In this document: piece after piece, positions 1 to 6,865 of the stretch
Layout: each line of letters opens with the position of its first letter
How positions within the stretch are numbered: position 1 is the stretch's first letter
Assembly (NCBI GenBank): GCA_017610265.1
Contig: JAFCCH010000010.1
Location: 1 to 45,016, forward strand
Length of the DNA stretch: 45,016 nucleotides
Direction of reading: 5' to 3'
Source: Nitrososphaerota archaeon
GTDB lineage: Archaea > Iainarchaeota > Iainarchaeia > Iainarchaeales > GCA-2688035
The notes under the pieces: generated by a model
What the model saw: only the letters and a program-made list of their open reading frames with translations
What the model was told of the DNA's origin: nothing
Databases searched by the model: none
Position numbers and translations under genes: made by a program

Positions 1-1
1 C

Positions 2-991
2 TCATCAGGACTTATTCAAAACACTCTTATTTCAGGAGGTGGTGGGATAGCAATAGCTGCAGCGCCTCCAACAGGAGAAAATACTGATTATCTTTGCTCA
101 GACGGATTTAACAACGATGCAGATGAATTAATTGACTGTGCAGATCCAGACTGCATAGGCAAAACAGGAACAGGACAATATCCGGACGGATTTTTATGCG
201 AACAGCCAGAAGCAAGTTGCGCAGATTCCTATGACAATGATGGGAATGAGGATGTTGATTGTGATGACAGTGATTGCATTAGTAGTTGTATTGTAGGAAA
301 TCCTGTTTCAGAGTGTATGACTATAAACAGCAGTGGATTGTATATGTTAACTCAGGATATTTTGGACGAGCAAACAGACAAGTGTATTATTATTGCAGCA
401 GATAATGTTATTTTAGATTGTGATGGAAAAACTCTAACTGGTAAATATGGTTCTCAGATGGGTTTTGTTTACGGGGTATATTTACATAGTAGAACAAATG
501 TCACTGTTAAGAATTGTAATTTGGATAAATTTAGTCCAGGAATTTCAGTTGAATTTTCATCAAATAATACTTTTACTGGAAACACAATGAGCAATTATGG
601 CGTTGGCTTTCGTACAGTTAATTCACATGAGAACACCTATGGCAATAATGTGTTTAACGGCGGCTATGCAACTACAGCAATGTTGTTGTTAACTTCACAT
701 GACAATGTTCTGACTAATAACACAGCAAATTCAGGCGGTTATGGCTTTCATATAAGGTATTCAACCGGCAATACCTTAACAGGCAACACAGCAAATCAAA
801 ATGAGCTTGGCGGAATTCGGTTTGTGGAATCGTTGGGAAATACTTTAAACAACAATACTATTTGTGGCAGCGGACTTGGTGATATTCAGTGTGTTATTAA
901 CTCAGAGGATAACAGTGGAACAGAAAATATAGCGAACACGTTGTTTGGCGACTGTGGCGGAAACTTGGAAATGCTTGATTGTCCTCCATAG
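2..991 (+). CDS. 5'-truncated secreted/surface protein: two Cys/Asp-rich repeats followed by a NosD-like right-handed beta-helix
   Basis: The frame is open from position 2 (SSGLIQNT...CSDGFNNDADELIDCADPDC...CADSYDNDGNEDVDCDDSDC...) into the listed ORF 317..991, which has repeated NNT(F/L)TGNT-type beta-helix units. The start lies upstream of the window. Confidence 0.8.
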   Translation, partial: SSGLIQNTLISGGGGIAIAAAPPTGENTDYLCSDGFNNDADELIDCADPDCIGKTGTGQYPDGFLCEQPEASCADSYDNDGNEDVDCDDSDCISSCIVGNPVSECMTINSSGLYMLTQDILDEQTDKCIIIAADNVILDCDGKTLTGKYGSQMGFVYGVYLHSRTNVTVKNCNLDKFSPGISVEFSSNNTFTGNTMSNYGVGFRTVNSHENTYGNNVFNGGYATTAMLLLTSHDNVLTNNTANSGGYGFHIRYSTGNTLTGNTANQNELGGIRFVESLGNTLNNNTICGSGLGDIQCVINSEDNSGTENIANTLFGDCGGNLEMLDCPP

Positions 992-1075
992 CAAAAGACT
1001 TGTATCCTTGTGTTGAATAATTTTTTTTTAGAAAAAGCTTTATTCTGCGAGTTCGCCTTCGTGGCTGAATAACAC

Positions 1076-2746
1076 TCATTGTGATTTAAAAACTAAAAAG
1101 TCTCCAATTGCCAATGCATCTAATCCTGTTGACGAAAAAGTCTTAATCGCATCGTTAGGAGAACAAACAATTGGCTCGCGTTTGTTAAAAGATGTATTCA
1201 AAACCATTGGAACAGAAGAAAGGTTCTCAAAGCTTTTAATTAAATCAAAATATTTCTTATTAACATCTCTTGAAACAGTCTGAGGTCTTGAAGTTCCATC
1301 AAAATGAACAACTGACGGAATTTCCTTTTTTTTATTTTCGACAGTATAAAAAGCTTTTAACATAAAAGGTGAATCAAAACAATTTTCAAAATATTCGCTT
1401 GCACTATTTTTCAAAACACTTGGGGCAAAAGGTCTCCACGATTCTCTTGCCTTAACTTTTCCATTGACAACATCTTTTATATTCTCCAAACAAGGATTTG
1501 CCAAAATGCTTCTGTTACCCAACGCTCTTGGGCCAAATTCCATTCCGCCCTGGAACCATCCAATAACCTTCCCTTCAAAAATCATTTCGGCAGCAACTTT
1601 TGAAATATTTTTATGTTTATCAAAATCCAAATTAGATTTTAATAAAACTTGTTCAATTTCCTCATTTGAAAATGAAGGTCCGTAAAAAGCATGCTCTAAT
1701 TTAAACCTTGGAGTGTTTTGTTTCAATTTGTTGAAAATAAACATTGCAGCACCCACTGACTTTCCTCCATCTCCGGCAGCGGGGACAATAAATAAATTGT
1801 CAACTAATCCAGACTTTTGAATTTCCCCGTTGGATTTGCAATTCAAAGCAACTCCTCCTGCTAAACAAACATCCTTAATTCCTGTAACTGCTATGGTGTG
1901 CTTAATCAGATTTTCAATAGCCTCTTCAAAACGAGCTTGAAGGGTTGCAGCAACATTCAAATGTTTTTTTGAATAAGAATCAAAGGGGTTTTTATGAGAT
2001 TCTCCAAAACATTTTTCGAGTTGTTTTTTAGTTCCACGGCCATAACAAGTTGAAGGTACAGTTTCAAAAAAAACATTGCTTGTGTCAATTACTCCAGAAA
2101 AGTCTTCAACAGGTTCCCCATAAGCAGCCAACCCCATAACTTTTCCCTCGTGGCCAATTCCTTTATAATAACCCAAATACTTTGAAACATTTGCATACAT
2201 AAAACCCAGACTGTTAATACCCTTAATTCTTTTGATTTCATCAAAACCTTCGTTGTTTGCCTTTGACAAAAGCACGGTAGTCAAATCGCCCCAGGCATCA
2301 AAAGTAACAACAGAAGACTCTCTAAAACCAGAACAATAAAAAGAAGACGAAGCATGACACAAATGATGTTCAACAAAATGAATTTCTGCATTTTTAAAAA
2401 GAGTTTTTATAGTTTTAATAGGTACACGAAAATTATTGTGTGCGGGATAATTCAAAACATTTTTAATTGATGTTCTTCCATCCAACAAAAAATTTCCATT
2501 AAAAATATAGTGTCTTAACCACAACTTCAAATGTTCTAACGGTTCAACATCAGCAATTGCGACATAAGCAATATCTTCGGAAGAAAGTTTTGCCTTTTTC
2601 AAAACAAAATCAATAGATTTATAGGGGAAACCACAATGGTGTTTTATTCTACTAAATCGTTCCTCTTCACACATTGCAATAAGTTTACCGTCTTTAATTA
2701 GGCAAGCAGATGCATCATGTTCTCCAGTAATTCCCAAAACAATCAT
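1076..2746 (-). CDS. carbamoyltransferase, NodU/CmcH family
   Basis: Motifs HDASACL, EEERFSRIKH, EHHLCHA, EGKVMGLAAYG, LAGGVALN, EFGPRALGNRSILA, RESWRPFAP, VHFDGTSRPQTV, LNTSFN. Confidence 0.93.
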   Translation of the reverse strand: MIVLGITGEHDASACLIKDGKLIAMCEEERFSRIKHHCGFPYKSIDFVLKKAKLSSEDIAYVAIADVEPLEHLKLWLRHYIFNGNFLLDGRTSIKNVLNYPAHNNFRVPIKTIKTLFKNAEIHFVEHHLCHASSSFYCSGFRESSVVTFDAWGDLTTVLLSKANNEGFDEIKRIKGINSLGFMYANVSKYLGYYKGIGHEGKVMGLAAYGEPVEDFSGVIDTSNVFFETVPSTCYGRGTKKQLEKCFGESHKNPFDSYSKKHLNVAATLQARFEEAIENLIKHTIAVTGIKDVCLAGGVALNCKSNGEIQKSGLVDNLFIVPAAGDGGKSVGAAMFIFNKLKQNTPRFKLEHAFYGPSFSNEEIEQVLLKSNLDFDKHKNISKVAAEMIFEGKVIGWFQGGMEFGPRALGNRSILANPCLENIKDVVNGKVKARESWRPFAPSVLKNSASEYFENCFDSPFMLKAFYTVENKKKEIPSVVHFDGTSRPQTVSRDVNKKYFDLIKSFENLSSVPMVLNTSFNKREPIVCSPNDAIKTFSSTGLDALAIGDFLVFKSQ

Positions 2747-2859
2747 TTTTATGACCCTCGCGTTGCTATTTATTCATTCATATGGAACTTAATTCTTTTT
2801 TAATATTTTTCCTATAGGCCTCTTGCTGCTGGCAAATTCTTTTCCCCTTCATTCATTAA

Positions 2860-2932
2860 TAGCCCCGGAGAGATTCGAACTCTCGTCGCCGGCTCCAGGG
2901 GCCGGCATCCTTGGCCACTAGACTACGGGGCT
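2860..2932 (-). tRNA. tRNA-Gln(CTG), 73 nt, no encoded CCA, atypical C33
   Basis: Reverse complement folds as AGCCCCG TA GTCT AGTGGCCAA GGAT G CCGGC CCCTGGA GCCGG CGAC GAGAG TTCGAAT CTCTC CGGGGCT A. A1-U72 is typical of archaeal tRNA-Gln. Confidence 0.93.
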
Positions 2933-2998
2933 TTGCTTCCGTAGTCTTTTTTTTGGTCAACCTTTTCTTGGAAAAGGTTGCTAGACTACGGGGCTTTG
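2918..2998. repeat. 18-bp direct repeat of the tRNA 5' end flanking a 45-bp insert that contains a 9-nt inverted copy and a 10-bp hairpin
   Basis: ctagactacggggctttg at 2918-2935 and 2981-2998; ccgtagtct at 2939-2947 is the reverse complement of agactacgg; caaccttttc-ttg-gaaaaggttg at 2958-2980. Confidence 0.95.
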
Positions 2999-3066
2999 TA
3001 TGTTGTTTTTCCTTATTAATTATCCATTAAATAACCTTAAAAATCTTCAAATTTTCTCTTTTTTTT

Positions 3067-3285
3067 TTACGAAATTATTAAGTTTTTTTCAAGCCTTGTG
3101 TTTGAGTCAACACATCTGCATTCAAGGCCCTGGCCTGTGCTTACGGCTCCTATTGCCATATCATAACCTTCTTCACTGCAGGCATTGCTGCACTCGGCTA
3201 AAGACTGTTCGTTTAGGAAGTAAAGTGGCAGGGAAACAGCAAGATATGCCACAATGACGATAATTGCAATTGTTTCAAGCCTCAT
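3067..3285 (-). CDS. small membrane-anchored/secreted Cys-rich protein
   Basis: N-terminal hydrophobic helix, then CSNAC...GY...CRC; lies 21 nt downstream of uppS on the same strand. Confidence 0.7.
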   Translation of the reverse strand: MRLETIAIIVIVAYLAVSLPLYFLNEQSLAECSNACSEEGYDMAIGAVSTGQGLECRCVDSNTRLEKNLIIS

Positions 3286-3306
3286 TTTTAAATCACTGCA
3301 AAAGGC

Positions 3307-4005
3307 TTACTTTCCAAAATTTCTTTGCCTTAGTTCAAAGTCTGCCACTGCCTCTCCCAAATCTTCTTTTGAAAATTCAGGCCAGTAGTGCTGGCAGAAA
3401 TAAAGTTCAGAGTAGTCGCTTTGGTATGGCAAAAAGCCAGATGTTCTCTTGGCTCCGCCTGTTCTGATTATCAAATCAGGATCATCAAGTTTTGCATAAA
3501 GGTAATTTTCAAATTTCTTTTCGTCAATGGCATTAATGTCAATTCTGCCTTCCTTTGCGTCCAGGGCCAGCTTTTTTGCGGCGTCAACTATTTCAGCCCG
3601 GCCACTGTATCCAAGTGCAAGATTAATTGTCCTCTTCTTAAAATTTTCAGTGAGCTCTTCGGCTTGCCTTACTTTTCCAAGAAGCTTTTCCGGCAGGAGT
3701 TCAAGCCTTCCGAAAAATTTTAGCCTTATTTCGTTTGATTCAAAGTAGCCTGACTTTGTTGCCTTGTCAAGTTCCCTGTCAAAAATTTTAAACAATAGTC
3801 CAAGTTCAGCGCTTCTTTTCTGAATGTTTTCAAGTGAAAGCATCCAAAAGGTTCCTGTTTTAACTGTCTTGTATTCTTCAAGCCAGTCCATTACCTGCCA
3901 TGCTTTGTTTGTTCCCATTTGATAAGCCTTAAGAAAATTTACTCCTGACTGCCTTGCGAAACGCCTGTTCCCGTCCGGAATGAATGCAATTGATTCCAAG
4001 TTCAT
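3307..4005 (-). CDS. uppS: cis-prenyltransferase (polyprenyl diphosphate synthase)
   Basis: IPDGNRR, LSLEN, YSGRAEI, DPDLIIRTGG..RTSGFLPYQSDYSELYF, C-terminal RNFG. Confidence 0.95.
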   Translation of the reverse strand: MNLESIAFIPDGNRRFARQSGVNFLKAYQMGTNKAWQVMDWLEEYKTVKTGTFWMLSLENIQKRSAELGLLFKIFDRELDKATKSGYFESNEIRLKFFGRLELLPEKLLGKVRQAEELTENFKKRTINLALGYSGRAEIVDAAKKLALDAKEGRIDINAIDEKKFENYLYAKLDDPDLIIRTGGAKRTSGFLPYQSDYSELYFCQHYWPEFSKEDLGEAVADFELRQRNFGK

Positions 4006-4182
4006 TTTTTATCACTTTCAAAAAAGCCAGAATCCACTCCAGTGGCTCTCTATTATCTAAATTGCTGGTTTCCTTTAAAAAATTACTGTTGGCTTTACTC
4101 TTTGATGAATGTAACAATTTGCCTTTTTTGAGGGTGAGGCAAATTTTTTAAACTACAGAATCCTTAATATAACGGTTTTGGA

Positions 4183-4380
4183 ATGCCGGAAAACAACATC
4201 TCTGAGAAAAAAAAGGAAAAAATGCTTGAAATTGTCTCAGGCCTGAAGATGAGAATGAGGGAACTGGACGATCTAGGCAAGCAAATTAAGATTGAAGGAA
4301 GGCTTGTCTCTCCAAGGACCACTAAACGAATGCTTGAAGAAATTAAAGTGCCCCCCTTAAAGCTTTTAAAAGAAAAATAA
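4183..4380 (+). CDS. hypothetical small charged protein
   Basis: 65-aa ATG ORF ending 10 nt before the DUF192 gene, downstream of a TTTTTAAA box. Confidence 0.5.
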   Translation: MPENNISEKKKEKMLEIVSGLKMRMRELDDLGKQIKIEGRLVSPRTTKRMLEEIKVPPLKLLKEK

Positions 4381-4390
4381 GGTTTTTCCA

Positions 4391-4741
4391 ATGCTGTTAA
4401 ACAAGTCATCCGGCAAAAAGATAATAGACAGGGTTGTCCTTGCAGAAGCCCACTGGCAAAAAATGAAGGGCTTAATGTTTGAGGATCCTGCGCGCTTTAA
4501 TTACGCCCTTGTGTTTTGCCTGAAAAGAGAATCGATTTCCAATGCAGCCATTCACATGCTTTTTGTTTTCTTTCCAATTGACGTTGTTTACTTAAACAAG
4601 GACAAAAAGGTTGTTGACATCGCCAAAAACGTTCCTCCTTTTTCCCTTGGATATGTTCCCAAAAAGCCAAGCAAATTCTTTGTTGAATTGCCTGTTGGCA
4701 AAAGCAAGGGAATAAAGTTTGGAAACAAGCTTGAGTGGTAA
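4391..4741 (+). CDS. DUF192 family protein
   Basis: KMKGLMF, IHMLFVFFPIDVVYL, FVELPVG pattern. Confidence 0.88.
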   Translation: MLLNKSSGKKIIDRVVLAEAHWQKMKGLMFEDPARFNYALVFCLKRESISNAAIHMLFVFFPIDVVYLNKDKKVVDIAKNVPPFSLGYVPKKPSKFFVELPVGKSKGIKFGNKLEW

Positions 4742-4746
4742 AACAA

Positions 4747-5073
4747 ATGGACGAAATTTTTGGAAAAATTACCTCCGTTCTGGACGAAACAGAAGATGTT
4801 AGGTAGCCGGCAAATATTCCTGCCAAATTTCTTGAAAATGTAAAATACATCAAAATTGATTTTTCTTTTACTGACAATAAAAATATTCTGAGAACAGGCT
4901 TTGTTCAGTTAATGTTTGAAGGAAGCTCCTATGAACAAAGCAAGTCTATGATTCCACAGGTTGGAACAAGCTTAACCCTTGCAAAAAAAGGCTTTTTGGT
5001 TAAATCCTTTAAGCCAGTTCTCCCAGGCCTTGAAAAATATATAAATTTGGTTAAGATAAACAAGGCCAATTAA
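4747..5073 (+). pseudogene. 108-codon hypothetical ORF interrupted by one in-frame TAG (4804-4806)
   Basis: ATG 5 nt after the DUF192 stop: MDEIFGKITSVLDETEDVR*PANIPAKFLENVKYIKIDFSF...LVKINKAN, ending at TAA 5071-5073. Confidence 0.6.
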
Positions 5074-5086
5074 TTCGAAAATTTAA

Positions 5087-5263
5087 TTAGTCCAAGGGCA
5101 TTCCGACATATCTTTCTTTGCAGGTCTTTGAGCAAAATTTCTGGTAATAAAGGGGTTCTCCCTTGTTTTCAAGCAGTTTATTGCACTGCATACAGCGCCT
5201 TTCAACAGAATAATCTTTTGATGCCATTGCGTCATTTTTCCTAATATACTTTCCCAAATTCAT
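5087..5263 (-). CDS. 58-aa zinc-binding protein (CxxC...FCSxxC; TRASH/DUF2116-like), absent from the ORF track
   Basis: MNLGKYIRKNDAMASKDYSVERRCMQCNKLLENKGEPLYYQKFCSKTCKERYVGMPLD; SD GGGGTGA at 5270-5276; alternative ATG at 5227. Confidence 0.75.
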   Translation of the reverse strand: MNLGKYIRKNDAMASKDYSVERRCMQCNKLLENKGEPLYYQKFCSKTCKERYVGMPLD

Positions 5264-5629
5264 GTTCTTTCACCCCTACTGCTGGTTCTAAATGCCTGAA
5301 CCAATCTGCATACATTTCTGCAAAATACTATATCTATTAATGAGGGTGAATGGATTTAAGCATATCGTAAGAAAGGGGCATTTCGCAGATTAGAGTTAGT
5401 AATAGAGGAAAGAAAAAGATTAGAACTGTTTTTTTCTTTCCTCCTTTGCCTTTTTGCCTTCCTGTTATACAGAATTCGGGGGTGATAAACCCGCAACTAA
5501 TATGCCTAACCTTATATTTAAACAAGCCTGTTTTGAAAAGCGAACAAAGTTATGGTTAAAACGGTTTGAAAAGCGAAAGAACAGGGGTTTTTCCGCAAAA
5601 TGCACATTTTTCAAAAAGGGAGCGATAGC

Positions 5630-5649
5630 CATTTTTTGACTAAAAAATG
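5630..5649. terminator. short AT-rich hairpin downstream of the GGR gene
   Basis: catttttt-gact-aaaaaatg inverted repeat 15 nt past the stop at 5665. Confidence 0.35.
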
Positions 5650-5664
5650 CTCTCAAAGAGATTT

Positions 5665-6816
5665 TTACATTGTCCTAATAACTGCAGGCAAAAGGCCCCA
5701 CATCTTTGGCTTGAACAAAACCTTTTTCATAAACGATGAAGGACGATCCATGTCACCGTGTTCCTGCAAAAACTCTTCAATCCCTGCATTCTTTGCCTTC
5801 AACAGCATTGAATTAAACTGCCCTGGCTTCATTGCCTGAATGTAAGAATGCAGTTTCCAATGAAGGTTAAGCTCTTTGTTAATGCCCTGCATGTTTTTTG
5901 AATAAGCGTCAAGTGAATGCTGGTGCTTTAAATGGTTTGCAATTGTGTCTGCACATACTTCTGTAGCCCTCAGGCCAAAAACAATTCCTCCGCCGGTGGT
6001 TGCCTTTGTATGTCCTGCCGCATCTCCTACAAGCAAGATGTTTCCTGAAGAAATTTCCTTTAACGGGGGGGAAATTGGAATAAGGGCACTGCTCTTGCTT
6101 AAAGTTCTTATGCTAAACTGCTTTTGTTCAAGAAACTGTTTCATTGAATTTCCCGCATTGAGCCCAAGACTTACTGCCAGACCAATTCTTGCAACTCTTT
6201 TTGATTCAGGCACAACCCATGCAAAAAAACCAGGAGCAAAATCTCCAAAATGCATTTCAACAAGATCTGGATTAAACTTTCCCTCTGCCCTAATTTGTAT
6301 AGCGTGCACAAATTCCTTTTCAAGCACTCCTGGAAAAACACTGTGTCTTACAACACTGTTGGCTCCGTCAGCTCCAATAGTAATTTTTGACTTTATCAGT
6401 TCTCCGCGGCCCTTGTTTTGCAGGAAAAGACTGCTGTTGTCATTTAGCTTTGCCCTTATGTCAATCAGCTTGCAATCTGTCTTGATTTCACACCCAAGTC
6501 TTTTTGCTTTTTTGTAAAACATTTGGTCAAATAAGAAACGGTCAACTACATAGGCAACAGTGCTTGGCCTTTGAATAGTGAGGCTTTCTCCATTCGGAGA
6601 AAAAATCTTTGCGCCCTTTACTTCGTTTATTACGCTGTTTCCAAGTTCCACTCCAAGCTCTTCAATGCCTGACCTTGAAATAAGCCCTGCACATTGCACA
6701 GGCCTTCCGACAGTTTGGTGTTCTTCAAAAATAGTAACTTCAAAGCCTTCTTCTGCAAGTAGTGTTCCGCAATGAAGACCGACCGGTCCTGCTCCAATAA
6801 TGTTGATTAGTCCCAA
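5665..6816 (-). CDS. geranylgeranyl reductase family FAD oxidoreductase
   Basis: IIGAGPVG, PVQCAG, PGFFAWVVP, LVGDAAG..KATTGGGI. TTG start at 6816 after GGGGT is preferred over 6831. Confidence 0.9.
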   Translation of the reverse strand: MGLINIIGAGPVGLHCGTLLAEEGFEVTIFEEHQTVGRPVQCAGLISRSGIEELGVELGNSVINEVKGAKIFSPNGESLTIQRPSTVAYVVDRFLFDQMFYKKAKRLGCEIKTDCKLIDIRAKLNDNSSLFLQNKGRGELIKSKITIGADGANSVVRHSVFPGVLEKEFVHAIQIRAEGKFNPDLVEMHFGDFAPGFFAWVVPESKRVARIGLAVSLGLNAGNSMKQFLEQKQFSIRTLSKSSALIPISPPLKEISSGNILLVGDAAGHTKATTGGGIVFGLRATEVCADTIANHLKHQHSLDAYSKNMQGINKELNLHWKLHSYIQAMKPGQFNSMLLKAKNAGIEEFLQEHGDMDRPSSFMKKVLFKPKMWGLLPAVIRTM

Positions 6817-6865
6817 GCTAAAAAACCCCAATAACTAGAGGTAACGGTTATTATTATTCTTTACT

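Noticed and set aside
1040-1072. Small structured RNA (ttattc...gaataa enclosing short GC stems)
   Set aside because: Too short and weak to distinguish from a terminator between convergent genes
2933-2998. Split, permuted or intron-containing tRNA
   Set aside because: The tRNA at 2860-2932 is complete and contiguous; the extra copy is only 15 nt of tRNA and no bulge-helix-bulge is evident
4804-4806. Genome-wide TAG reassignment, linked to the odd tRNA-Gln
   Set aside because: TAG terminates genes at natural ends (991, 11957, 24687, 29434), long ORFs have no internal TAG, and the anticodon is CUG, not CUA
5337-5656. ORFs 5337..5525, 5454..5639 and 5465..5656
   Set aside because: Mutually overlapping, no recognisable motifs, and they cross repeat/hairpin sequence; treated as non-coding
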